Origin: Perkinsus chesapeaki ATCC PRA-425
Taxonomy: Eukaryota > Protista > Perkinsozoa
Direction of reading: 5' to 3'
DNA: 64,000 bases
Assembly: GCA_013115145.1 (NCBI GenBank)
Contig: JAAPAO010000061.1
Span: forward strand, 34,615-98,614
Shown here: one piece after another, positions 35,007 through 48,234 of the stretch
Position numbering within the stretch: position 1 is the stretch's first letter
Layout: each line of letters starts with the position of its first letter
Program-made: the position numbers and the translations under genes
Notes under the pieces: generated by a model
What the model saw: the letters and a program-made list of their open reading frames with translations, nothing else
What the model was told of the DNA's origin: nothing
Databases searched by the model: none

Positions 35007-37106
35007 GAGTATCTCTTGGCATATAACATTCGGTATCATAAACAGTTAAAATAGAAATTCCGCCTCTCGTTAACTTTGTACGAGTTTTCGGTTTAATATT
35101 ATCATGGGATGGTTCTATTATGGGTTATTAAGGTTGTTATGTCTCTCAGTAGGTTACTCTGGTACCGTTGTCTGCTGGTCAGGAGATAATTCAAATGTCC
35201 CAGGCTAGGTATCTTAGTAGCAGCAGCAGCTTGCTTTGTATACTTGTGTTAAATGTCAGAATTTTGTCGTGAACTATTGTACATTTTTGGCATCACATTG
35301 CTGCTCGTTGCCTATCGTTTATATGACTGATAAACCACAAGTTGATGATGACCTGATTGATATATTTTTACAGATTCGATATCCCACTGACAGAGGTAGT
35401 GCTCCAGTGACACCATCGACGACTTCGACTTGCCGCCATATCAGTGGAGCTATTAGCAACGTGCTTAACTTAACGTGAACTCGGCTCTTAGGACTCTTAG
35501 GACTCGACGAAAATTACTCACTCGAGGGCGTGATAACATTTGTAGACTGTTGGAGGAGGGTACCATCGTTAATGTCTCTCGCCGTATGTTACCGCTTCAG
35601 TCTTAGCTGCTTAATCAGTCTCCTCCCTGTTATAGTTGCTTTATCTTCATAATGTCAAGCTCTAATTCCCGATCATCCTCGTCAACCTGAAGGAAGTTGT
35701 GTCGTTATGAAGCCAGCGTAGTGTTCAGTTTGTCATGCTGGAGAGGTCGACATGGCTGGGTGACGTTACTAAAAGACATAGTGTGTAAAGTTGGATGGTA
35801 TTTACCAATGGACATTATGGTTTCATATTGAGTACCTTCCACTGTTACGTTCAAGTCAAAGCGAGCCTGGATTACGAAAAGTTATGATAGGCATCAGAGG
35901 GGACAGGTTTTTTATTAACACGGAGCATCGGTACATCATTTCATTTAGTTGTCTGATTTCCCTTTTAACTATGCCCTTGGACACTCCTATTACCCTCACG
36001 GATGCTGCCACGTTGCACAGTAATGGTGTGCCTGTTGACGCACCGAACGATGGTAATATAGGGGTACAGCATGCAGTAAAGGCCTAAGGCAACTCCCTGT
36101 TGTTGGGTTTAGTGTATCAAACCGATGCCGCCGACTTCAGGTGCTGCCGACATGAGCGAAGTAGTGATGCAGCTAATCGCGGATTTAAAGAGGAATGGGA
36201 CACCTGAACAACAGCGATCTGCGTTGGATAAGCTTAGAGAGCTTATAGATGCGAGGGCGGTAACGAGACAGTAGATCAACGTGGTTCACGTACGTGACGA
36301 TGTTTCTCGCATCAATTATATAATATAATACCGAAGTCTATCTTACATCAATGCCCAACTAGTCACTCAAATGTTGCCGGTGAACTGCATTGTGCAAGCC
36401 TGCATACATTTCAGAATTATGAGTGCAATTTCGTTGAGCAAGTTCTATCACTGATCCAAGATGACGCTGTGACGCCACTAACTTTGCAAGTTTGTCTTTG
36501 TTTTAGAAGGACGCATCGGATGATATTCCTCCCCGCAAAGTGAACCGTGAATCGATGGGTTACACGTCGAAGTGTGGCAATAACGATGAAGAGGGTCCTC
36601 AAGTGGATCTAGCGAACCCGGAGGATCTAAGGTCTAGCTCCTTGCGCTTGGTGGCTTGGAACACTGAGGGTAGTCATAAGGGAAATAGAGTATTTACTAG
36701 CACATTCTCGAACCGTAAAGAGTATACCCATAGAAGTCAGTGGTATATGTTATCTACCCTACGGAAATCAGCCTATGTTCTCCACAGCCGTCGGTTAATC
36801 AGCCCTTATCTTCGCCGTTTTGGGCGGATCTCTATTTTACCATTTAGCATCGTCGTTGCCTTGGTTTTTGCTATACTTTGAGTATGAACTGATCCTCAGC
36901 AGTATATGTTTTCCTTGTAGGTCGATGTGTGAGGACTGGTAAAAGTATACCTATTCCTGATGAAGATACTATACATCATCATCACAACAACAACGAGCAC
37001 CATGCAACTGAGGTCGGATGCCCAAATTGCTTCCAACCCATATACGTTGAAGTGAAGCCAATTCCTTCACACAATAGCGAGAGCAAACTCTCCGGTCCTC
37101 CGTAAT

Positions 37107-40100
37107 ATGGACCTACCTCCAGAAACCGTTCCTAACGTTAATCACTTCAGTCGTCGGGCTCCACCTCGACGTCGAAAGTCCAAGTACGCCTGGGTTACGG
37201 TTATGTACGGACATGGAGCCGATTATTTTGTTGGAGCTATGGTACGAAAATTTAAGAAGATTATGGTAGAGTTTGGTGGTGCGAAGTTTGTTGTTCAGGT
37301 GCTCGGGTGGTCGCTGCGACATAGAGGCCGAACACAACAGGACATGATATTACTGCACACGGCAGATGTCCCTGTTGAGTTCTTGGATAGCCTAGGACGC
37401 CTCTGGGACTGTCGTGAAGTCGAGTATATCCGTAATGTCTCTACAAGACTATTCCTCAACTTTCAAAGCAGCAGGTGGGCCGGTGGGTGGTACTCCTTAT
37501 CATAAGGGTAGTGCTGATGACGTAGGTGGTAAAAGGATGTCTGAGTAATTATGCATCACATTTTACATCCTTACGCCCAGCATTATTAATTTATTCATAC
37601 TCAACCAACTACTTGTATTAATAACCAAACTTTTTTGATCGACGTTGTCTCCTGAGGAAGGGTCGATATTAGTGGTGGTAGCCTACCACTGCTAGGCTTT
37701 AATCCGTGGGTAGATAACAAACACGACCTGAATGGTCAAGTATTAATAATAAGTATGAACGTACTTATCAGAATAACAGGTAGTGAAACATAGCCACTGG
37801 CTATTAGCCAGCAGCAGCAGCAGCAGTAGTAGTATAAGCGGCAAAATAGCACCTACTAGTTATCAGCGTAATGCTGAAATACACGATGAACGAAGTGAAT
37901 AGCTCCCAATGTATGGCTGGACAGAACGACTGCCCAGTGATGCTTATCTCCCTCTGTTGTGGTGATGTTGGTGGTGGGAGACAATAGCAAGCATTTAGTA
38001 TTAACCTCGGGAATGCAGGAGTTGATGAGCTCCCCCATGTAGTGCATTCTAGCAGGTTTTAAGCGAAGGCTATGGAGTTCAAACACCATGGTGAAGCTTG
38101 TTGACCTTTCGCTCTGCGAAGAAACCTCAACGGGAATCTCGTCGATACCACTGAACTGCAAGCCGCCTCCTGTTGCTGGTGACTTCTCCTCTCCTTTGCC
38201 TTTAAGAAATAGACCACGAGATAATAGCCGGACAATAGTTACACCGACAACATCGGCCTGGATAGCGCAGGCAACCTCAGAAATGTTATTGGCACGAAGG
38301 CCTACTCCGTCGAAGGTGACCAAGAAGCCAGGAAATAGTGGTACGACCTTGTTGTTGTTGTTGTTGCTATTCGACCGGCTTGCATGAAGAGCTAGATTCA
38401 AAGAAGCCCAATTTGGTACATAAAGATGTATCCTACCGCTTCTAATATTGGGTATGATACAGCTTTGGAGTATATGGTAAACAGCTTCACGTAAGCTATC
38501 GATACTATTAGCTACAATCGCAATGGATCGTACATGCTCTTCGAACAGATTCTGATCACCTGAGAATAACCGAATACCTGCACCACTCTCTTTCTCCAGG
38601 CTTTTGATAATACGACCATGTTTGCCCATAATAGCTCCAGAGACAACCGCGGGGACGAACATTCGTATCCAGTATTGACCATGTTTGGATAGCTCAGTCC
38701 ATCTTTGTAGACCTTTATTCGCTTTACTACCAACACATGGCTTATTGTTGCGCTTGTATAGGAGCATACAAGCCTAAAGAGACAATACAGTCTCAAACAA
38801 AACAACGAGAAGGGACAAACGATGCCAACCGCCGCCGCAACAGGGCTAAGCTCAGCAGTGCCGTGACGTCACGGAATAGGGACAGCGTCCCGTGTCACGG
38901 CAGTAATTGCGTCACCTCATCTTTGATAGTAATATGGTCGACAGTATATGATTCGGTAAACCGGTGGTAGCAACTTATTCAACTTGCCTGGCCTAATACA
39001 TGTGAATTGTATCCATAGTATCACCTCGAGGTGACATCCGGCCACGAGCCGCCAGCTGCACCTTACCCCTCGTGGAGCACATTTGCCCGGATTGCGCATC
39101 GTATTTACGATAGCAGGTTCAAAGATGTGTTCACCAAACTTCGTGTATTGGAGCTGACCGAATACTCTAAAGTGTGCTTGTTGGACAGCGATATGCTTAT
39201 CCGGGATAACATAGATGAGCTATTCGAGCTACAGCCACCGGCTGCCCTTGTTCGTGGCACATTTCCCCCGCGCCACGGTAGGTGGCAAAAAGAAGAAGAC
39301 ACTGAATTGAGTGAATTAGTTAGGTGCCAAAGTTCCGGTGACGACATTTTGGAGCGGTCATAAGCAAGTTACGGGAATCAATGGTGGCTGTATGCTATTG
39401 CAACCATCTCAAGATGTACCACATACACAGTTTATTGTCAGTAGGGCAGCAGCAGCATGATCGTAATAACAGGTATTCAACTGTATGATGGATGAAGTGT
39501 CCTATTACAATAACCCAGCGCACTGGCCTATGTGTGGAGCTGAACAGGAGTACGTGCCTAATACCATTGGTATGATGTGGTATAATTGTCAGTAACTAGG
39601 TACCTAACTAGATGGTACGGTAGTCGAAGTAATCAACATTGGAGCCATATAAGCTGCCGGTATAATTTCCAAATCCATTTAAATCAATATGGTTCAGCCG
39701 AGTGGCATCACTACAATTGCCCAACTTTCCCAGGTATTATTATTGATGTCATTATTGTATCTCCGTTGGTATTTCTTCTAAGGTGTTAAAATATTCCACT
39801 ATTCGGGTAATCTATGCAGCCCCTTCGAGTTTGTTACTGATGTTATGATAGAGCATGGATACACTGTGGAGGAGACAATAGCATATGTAATGGCCCTATC
39901 CTCCTATCTCACATTAAGTCTTGTAATTAGGTTGCTGAGATACCGTTAATAGCTCATAGGGAGCAAGCTAGACAAGTGCAGCTACAACGAGAGCTTGCTG
40001 GCGAACAGGAGGCAGCAGCAGCGGAGGCGGCGGCGGCACGGGATCCTGGTAAGCAGACTCGAGTTACTAGAGTGAAATCGTCATATGGTACTTAGGTAAT

Positions 40101-40823
40101 TGCATTGCGAGTAGCAAAAGGAATGGTGGGGGCATAGCTACGTTGCTACATGATGTCCCCAAGCCTGATGTTGGTATACGTAACGCAGAGGCATCAGATG
40201 AGACTAGCAACAGCAGCAGCACTGAGAATAATAATAACAACGGTAGCGTCATAATGCTCCACAGACTTGCTAACGAGACCTGCGCCATTTTCAGAAGAAA
40301 GCTCCGAGTTAGATTTCGGCAAGTGCCTCGCTTATCCATCAAAGGAATTCCCATGTACCAATCCTGTCAGGTAAGCTACCGTGGCTGCTGCCACCGTACT
40401 TGACCAATTACCACAGTCAATGCTCGAAAACAATCTACATGGTTTATCACCATTTGCTCAGGTATCATTACTATGGCACCCAATACAGCAGGTGCTGTAA
40501 GCTTGATCGTTACATACATCCCTCATGGGGCCCGAGAGATGCGGAGGCCGTTATTGAATGGATGCTTGCATTTAAGGAGTTGGTTACCGAAATGCCTCAG
40601 GTGATTGTGCTTGACACTGTGCTATTGTGAGGCTGCCTCCTTCAGATTATGGACGTCCTCCATGCATTGCGAAAGGAAAAGCAACGCCTGTTTGAGGCAA
40701 CCCAGCTGCAGAGTGAAGAAGAAGAAGATCCGACAGCGGCGGGAGTTGCATCGTAAAATTAAAAGGCCCGGGCAAAGAGTCGCGGCTGCGGTGGTGGTGT
40801 TGTCTCCGATTGAACTCTCTTAG
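37107..40823 (+). CDS. GT8 family (glycogenin-like) glycosyltransferase; 3' end uncertain
   Basis: KYAWVTVM...GAMV|LGWSL; SSR|FKDVFTKLRVLELTEYSKVCLLDSDML (DxD motif) joined across intron 37475-39116; INGGCMLLQPS; AEQEYL; VKIFHYSG. Confidence 0.85.
37856..38767 (-). CDS. KH-domain protein nested antisense in a GT8 intron
   Basis: 303-aa uninterrupted ORF with IRMFVPAVVSGAIMGKHGRIIKSLEKESGAGIRL (KH GxxG loop). An AG acceptor just upstream suggests a possible 5' exon. Confidence 0.8.
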   Translation of the reverse strand: MLLYKRNNKPCVGSKANKGLQRWTELSKHGQYWIRMFVPAVVSGAIMGKHGRIIKSLEKESGAGIRLFSGDQNLFEEHVRSIAIVANSIDSLREAVYHILQSCIIPNIRSGRIHLYVPNWASLNLALHASRSNSNNNNNKVVPLFPGFLVTFDGVGLRANNISEVACAIQADVVGVTIVRLLSRGLFLKGKGEEKSPATGGGLQFSGIDEIPVEVSSQSERSTSFTMVFELHSLRLKPARMHYMGELINSCIPEVNTKCLLLSPTTNITTTEGDKHHWAVVLSSHTLGAIHFVHRVFQHYADN

Positions 40824-41239
40824 ATTTTAATACGTTTCTAGTCTTGGCTGGTATGTCGTTATAAAGTTCGTACTAGTGGGCAAGTGATGATGATACAGTT
40901 ACCCCTTTTTGGATATGCCCCACTCTTCTGGGCACCATTACCTTCATGGACGGCGTATTGAGGGCTCCACAGTACCTGCAGTGCATCTCCACCGAGACGG
41001 AGCACCGGCACCAATTATCAACTTGCCCCAGCCTGATGATAATATACTATGTACGCCGTTTTGTGTTATGTCCCGAGTAGAGTGCATATTGGTGAGCAGG
41101 CTCGGGGCAATTTGGGTTTCCCAATACGACTAATCAGTCGCAGTTCATCGGCAGTCGTGATGATGATGATCTGTGTGGGTCTATGGAGTACAGCAGTAGG
41201 GAGTTTGAAGATCGATGGTTGTATGGATCAAACAACAGA

Positions 41240-43279
41240 ATGAGTGAGGAAAACAGGCAACAGGCACTGGCACAAAGGAGGATGATGGACCTTTTGACCG
41301 ATAGAGGGTAGCAACCTCAATATCAATAATAATAATACTGCTGCTTTCTATCATGTCGGTTAGTTTCCTAGTCAGGTACGAGAATATAAGTCCTCTACCA
41401 GATGACGTGCAAGGGGGTGAGGCTTGGGTTGTTTATTGTTCTAAGAGTGGCTCTGATTACGTAGCTAAGATGAAGCCCATTGATAAGAACGTCCTTGTGA
41501 GTAGTGTACACTACCATTTCTCTTTATAAGGGTTTCTTTTCCTTTATAATCAGATCGAAGCTGAAACATTATCACGGCTACAAAGCTCTGTAACACATCC
41601 CTACATTGTGCAACTCTGCGACTTCATACTTACTGATTGTCTCCTTTGCCTTCTCTTTGAAGCTGTTCACCCGGTTGGAATGGACTTAGTGGAGGTAGGT
41701 GGTGAGGATTATTATCCTATCAGTCATTTCATAGGTCCTTGCCTTGGAGAGGTACCATGGTGCGGTAGATCACCTTCGTATGCGTAAATGGATGCTACAG
41801 TTATGTCTTGCATTAGAGTACAGTCACGCTCACTCTGTGTGGCATAGAGACATTAAGGCTGAGAATGTTATGATTGATAGCAACGATAACGCCAGGCTAC
41901 TTGACTTTGGTATGGCGGCCTTCGCAAGGACATCGGCGTCGGGTTTGGATGAGAGCTCAGATCTCGATGGCGAAGAAAGAAATAAATTTTTTGGCACCGA
42001 GCAGTACGCAGCGCCAGAGGTCATTCTTCACCAAGAATACACGGCTAAAGTGGACCTATGGGGCCTCGGTGTCATACTGCACCAGGTCTATCAAGGACGG
42101 GCACCGTTGATGGATTACAGTGACACTCCGGGGAGGTTGAGGATAAAGGGACCTTTAAGACCGATGAACCCTTGGGTTATGGAAGCTATGCTAGGATTGC
42201 TTGAGCCAGATCCTGAGAGACGCTGGGGCTTTGACCAGATATATGCCTGTCGATGGATGCAAGAGAGTGACGACTTTAGTATGGACGCCCCAGTTGGGGA
42301 AACGAGAGCTCTGAGTGGTAGAGAACTTATTGAACGCATCAGCTTGCAGCCTGGAGAGCCTCCTGTATGGGTCAGTCTTAAAGGTGTAGCAACATGTTAC
42401 TCTTGGGATCCTCATGGTATACCCAGAGATAAAGCAGGTGCATTTCTTAGAAGCCATGAGAGCCGCCAGCTGAGGACAGAGCTGTCTAGTGTACAGGTTG
42501 CCAGAGGTAGAGAAACAGGCAATATTGCCGTTGATGTCTCTGATATGGTTAACGTAGGGTCTATTGGTAAAGTATTCATGTCCGTCAATGGAGGCCTCGG
42601 AGTGTGCACCGTCATGCCCTCTAGTATTGTTTCTGACCGTTCATCGGCTCATCATTTTGACCACTCCTCTATCGATCTCGCCGCTCTAGCTGGCCACGGT
42701 TTCGATGTTAGCTCTCCCCCGCCATCCCTATCGTCGCCGCCCTCATTCCATAACAGTCACCTTACTGTTAGCACTCATACTGCTACTATAGTTCCAGGTC
42801 GATCTTTAGAGCAACGGCTCAGTAGTTTATCAGCCAGGGGGGCAAGACCTGGCCACAACGAAGGTAACATCGAGATAGGTGGTAGGAGGTCACGTGTGCC
42901 ACCGGCACCCAGAGACCATACGCCATTACCACCGAGCATGATGACGTTCCTGTCAGTAGATCGGGAGGTGCTCGTCCGCAGTGTTAAAGGACGTGTTAAA
43001 GTATGGATATCATTGGCACGACATGTTGAATATATATGGCGTGCAGTAGACCGGACTGAGGTTAGTGAAGTAATATCAAAATTACAACCATTATTACATA
43101 GGATGAGAGCATTAAGAGCAAGCTATCCTGGCTTACCGGCATTTGCTGTTGAAGTGACCGATCTTGTAAGGAAGTATGGTTCTGATAAACTATTTGTGAC
43201 AGTCAACGGCGGCATAGGACGGGTATTCTCCTTGGCTGCTAAGGGAGCCCGCAACTCGAGCCGTATGGCCCAATTCTGA
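41240..43279 (+). CDS. Ser/Thr protein kinase with duplicated C-terminal module
   Basis: YVAKMK (invariant Lys); HPYIVQL; HRDIKAENVM; DFG; GTEQYAAPE; DLWGLGV; RRW. The start and 5' exons are approximate. Confidence 0.9.
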
Positions 43280-43831
43280 TATGTTCCTGGATGATGCCAG
43301 CCTTTAAAGTGTGTTGTGCATGGTTGTTACCTTATCACCCATGTCTTATCTTTTTATCTCTAGTTGTTATTTTAAGTATTCCTTTGTTCTGTGTCAACTT
43401 TGCCTAATCTAGTGTATGCCTATAGTGCTGCCATTGTAGACTATTCTATCCACCACACTGCTGCTGTTGGCTAGTAGACCACCTCGCCAACTCTGCCAAA
43501 GTGCCTAATATATCGGTTTCATCTTGTTGTATTGCGTTTAAGTCGGATTACATTTCTCCCTATTATCTATTAATATTGTGGTATGTTGTAATTTATACTA
43601 CTCCACTCCTCCTCCTCCCGCCTCCAGCCGCCTCCATGGTGTGTGCTATTCTCATGTCTGCTGCCGTGTATTCCCTTCTCTCACTTGAATCTCCTGGCCA
43701 TCTCTCCTTCCTCGCCTTATCCGTCACATGCGTGCCTACAAAGAGTTGTATCGCGGTTAATGACCATTGATTATAATAGTATCATTGATTTGTTTTTTTC
43801 TGCTGAGCCCAGTCATCAGCTGAACCCTAAA

Positions 43832-46800
43832 ATGCCTCTTCATGGTGTAGTGGAAGTCCTTATTAATTTTGAAAACTTCCGAAACGTGGACCTATACCAC
43901 CAGGGTCTATATCAGCTGCGAGCCCGGGTAGGAGGCCACTGTTACTACATGAATACCTAAACATTAGTTTTCAGCTATCTGTACCCCAGCGGTCATCCGG
44001 GTATAATAGTAGTGATAGTACAGCAAACGGGGCAGCAGCAGCATCTAAACGTGATCCAGCAATATTGGCTCTGCCATACAACTGGTTCACCCGCTATACA
44101 GGTATAACTATTTAACCCACTGGGATGTGTAGTGATCTCCTTATCAGGCGGTGAAGAGAGTGTAGCTTTGAATGACGCCGGTGGGCAGCAGAAGCCTTCT
44201 ACTGCAGCAGAGCCCAGCTTTCATAGTGTAAAGCAGGCATATATATCCGATACTCAGGTAAGTATATCATCCAAGGTTCATCTAAAACCGTATGGATCAT
44301 CAGGTAGCGTTTTATAGTCGAAGTTTCCTGATTCGTTATTGCGAAGAGGAGATACCTTTGGGGGACTTCTGCCAGTTCAGGTGAACATCTCTCTGATGTT
44401 AGTGATATCGACCGTTCTAGAGGGCCTTGGTTATCTATGTCCACGCCCACTAGGCTCGTGTCGATAGAATGTATCCCTCCTGTGCAGGTTAGAGCTTCCG
44501 TCAGAGCTCCTGTCGGACTCATCTGAGACGGTAGAATATTCATATTGTTTGCCTTTTGTTATAATGTCTTTATTCAGGTAATTGCCTGTGACATTGATCT
44601 ACTTTATGCCGAGCTTAACTCTTGTAACGTTACCGGTAATATTAATGTTAAGTCAGAGAAGATGCTCAGGGAGGCAACTCATAGAAGTACGCAATACCAC
44701 AACTCACGGCCGTCCAGTCTTGTTAAGCGAGCTATTACTGAGTGGCAGCACTGGTTTATTATTATTTTGTCAGGTGATATCACTTTTGAAGTGATCTCTA
44801 CTGTCCGTTTACTCCTACACCACGTTGAAGCAGGCATCTATGAGTAATACCCTACCACTTCATTACACCTCCTCATCTCACCATACCATATATCCAAATG
44901 ACATACTGAGTTCGTATAACGTTATTACTCTTGTTCGTCAGATATGTCCCTGTTGTCTTCGATGAGACCCATTTCTCCGCACTACAAATGCTTATATGCG
45001 CCACCCTCTCAGATTTTAGGTGACTTGCTGTTCGCAGCCCTCCGCTGGTGGAATCTTCGCGTTTAGGTTCCGATTGCCTCCTCCACCTTCCCTGTCAGCA
45101 GCATTAGCGGCTTTACCGGAGGATGACGAGGAGGCCACCACCCATCCGAGCCAGGAACCCGACCTTCCGCCGAACCCCACCACCCTAGAGGAGTTTTTGA
45201 AACAACGAGTAGCCCACATGGATGCCACGTAACAAGTTGCATATGAGCTGGTGCTCTTTGTCAGGTGGCCAGTGACGGCGGTGGCGGTAGTAGTTCGAAG
45301 AGGCCAGGATGCGAGTACATGGATAGAATGGAGAAGGCATATAGTCATCTTGAATCTGTGCGATAAAGGAGGTGGCGTCTCCACGCATTTCATTTATTCC
45401 TTTTTCTTCTTCAGTTCTTCTACGAGATAGCTACAGAGTGCTTGAAAGCTCCTTACAGAGAGACTTTGGCTGAGAAGTTGAGCATTCCCCACAAGAAGGT
45501 AATACATGGTCATCATTCTGTGGTATTGGAACGCTTGCGTTTCAGCCTACAGACATTATGCCGAAGGATGTCGGCGAGATAATGTCAACGATGAATGTAC
45601 TGGCAGTCAGCTCTTTCGAGCTCTGGCATAGGTATGCTCTCAATGGCATTAGAAATATGCAATTCAACGTGAAACAAGCAAGTAGAGCTAGTAGAACATA
45701 TTTTCATGCACTTTTACGATAATGTGGAATTAAGTTATATTTTCTGCTACAGGTTGCTCGATGTCCTGCCAAAGTGCAGTCACGAAGCATGTGTTAGACT
45801 AAGGGTTGTGTGGGAGCGGAACACTATAGAGATGTAGGTTAACCGAAGATACTATCAAAGAGTTGGATGTATCACGCATCAACTTGTAGGTTTAGCCATT
45901 TGAACTCCTGCGTGACCGAGACTGTGGATTCTACCCGGGATCTGGCCTTTCCATTAGAGGATGATATTTGGGAAGCACACAGCACTGCAGCCGAGCGTGT
46001 TCGGGAGTAAGGCCGGTCCTGTACAAGCGCGTCGGGTCGGGGATCGATACTTCCATTTCGGTTGCTCTGGGTATTGTGTGCTTACTTGTGGACTACTCAG
46101 GAAATTCGCGTCTAATCCGCCCGAGGCATTGTGTCGTATAGAAGATACGACTGAGCTGGCAATACCTATTAAGGAAGGTGATTCAAGTGTAAATCAGCGA
46201 CGACGACCGACGATGTCTACTATGCCTATTATATTTGAGCAACGATATGTGAGATACCACCCGCTAGAAATCAGTTATCGTATTTGTCTTAGTCTTGTGG
46301 ATCGTCAACGCCTAGCAGCGTTGAGGATGATGATCGGGCAGATAGCACGCCGGCAGAGCAGGTTGCCAGACCAACTCCTATGCCGACAGACCCCAAGCCA
46401 TATTCAGGTGCCCATTTGATCGTTTTGGTAAGTTTACTCTTACGGACTTCCGTATCCTTCACCCCCTCTTTGCTGCTACAGGTCCATGGATTCCAAGGCA
46501 ACTCGTATGATATGCGGCTTTTCAAGGATAACCTTGCCTGTGTTTATCCGGGTTCATTATTTTTATGTAGCTCTTGCAATGAAGAGGATACTGAGGGGAA
46601 TATCGATGCAATGGGTGAGCAATACTCTGCAGGTCCGTTATCTGTACTCGAATAATCAGGTCAGCGTCTTGCAGATGAAGTCGCTTGTTATATTGCGGAC
46701 TGGTGTCCAGGCAATGCTCTGGTGGGTTTGTTGCTTGCATCATGGAAGATCTTCCAACTCGCTATCTTCAGAGTCGTCTATCGTTCGTATCTCATTCCCT

Positions 46801-47870
46801 TGGAGGCCTTATTGTCCGAGCAGCGCTGCCATACTTAGCAGATCAACCTGGGGTTACTGGAAAGCTGTAAGGCTGCTGTCGCGCTCACGTAATTCTTCCG
46901 AAATATTACTCAGCTTTTAATACTAAGTGATGTACCTAGAGCGACGACTCAACTTCCATTTGAGTTGCCCGAGTTTCTGAGACATTCGTTTTCCCGACTA
47001 TGCTGTGGTATTGATTTCGCGTGTTTATAGTACGGTGGGAAGAACTGAGTTATTGTGTAAGCAGGAATAATATTCTACCACTCATACGGTCAAATGAATC
47101 CCCAAAATGAATGCAATTGATATGTATGTCTCCTCCGCACATTTGTATGGAAGGGGATGATTCCTGCTTGCAATTGTATGATCTGTGCATTTCCAGATAC
47201 ACATTTCTATCCCTCTCTGCCCCACATCTAGGGTACCTGTATAATAGTAACAGGCTCATCGAAGGTGGACTCTGGGGTGAGCAGGAATAGTCAAGCCTAT
47301 ATGTCGAGCATTGTCACTCATATTGACCTCATTTGTATCAATTACGTACCCTCAGTTCTCAAGCGGTGGCGCAAGTCAGAGTGCTTGCAGGAACTGACTA
47401 TGACGGATTCGGATATCCCGCAAGAGTGTTATCTCTACCGTCTCGCAATGGAGTCTGGTCAGATGCTACCGCGGTAGGTCTATTCGCTACAGAATGCTAT
47501 ATTTCTCACATTCATAGTACAGGTTCCAACATGTAGTTCTGGTATCGTCGTGTCAGGACCAATACGCTGGTTTTGATTCTGCACGGATAGAGGTGTCAGA
47601 TAAGGTTCGACAGGAACCCACAATGGGTTCAGTGTAAGTGATTACGTCTCTCATTTCTATTGATTCCAATGATCTATCAGATATACTGAGATGGCTCGAT
47701 CGTTGGTATCAGGCATAGCCCCAGAGAAGCTGATACGATTAGATGTGAACTTCTATTTGCCAGAAAGGACTCTGGACTCATTCATTGGTCGAGCTGCCCA
47801 TATACAGTTCATCGAAAATCAGCCCTTGATGAAGATGATTATTCATAATTATTGTTTGCTATTCCAATAA
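43832..47870 (+). CDS. FAM135: FAM135-like protein (N-terminal FAM135 region plus C-terminal DUF676 alpha/beta-hydrolase)
   Basis: VEVLINFENFRNVDLYHQGLYQLR; HLIVL|VHGFQGNSYDMRL; SFVSHSLGGLIVRAAL; C-terminal DSFIGRAAHIQFIEN. Confidence 0.85.
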
Positions 47871-48234
47871 CTTCTATCCCACACCAACAACACCACCACA
47901 CCGTAGTCGAGTTAAGGTAGATCTCACTAAGGGCGAGCGCGCGGCGCAATTTCGTCTCGCTCGCCCTAAATTCAACTTTGGAAACTTACGCGCGATCGCG
48001 GGCTTTATGATGCTTTGTGGCTCTTTGGGGGTAACACTAGCTCAAGGTGGTTAATCTTGCTAGTGTCTAGTCTGGTATCTATATACGCGGTAACGTTGGC
48101 TATCTGCGGTTGCTACCTGTTGCCTATGAGGACCATATAATGAGTACAAGAGCCTTCTTTGTGTACGATCAATGTCTGTACGATTGTTCAACAGTTATTA
48201 TTGGTAATTACCTAATCCCTTTATCATCATTACG

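Noticed and set aside
35100-37050. Coding-looking fragments, mainly on the minus strand
   Set aside because: No consistent splice path or recognisable motif could be built, so it was left unannotated.
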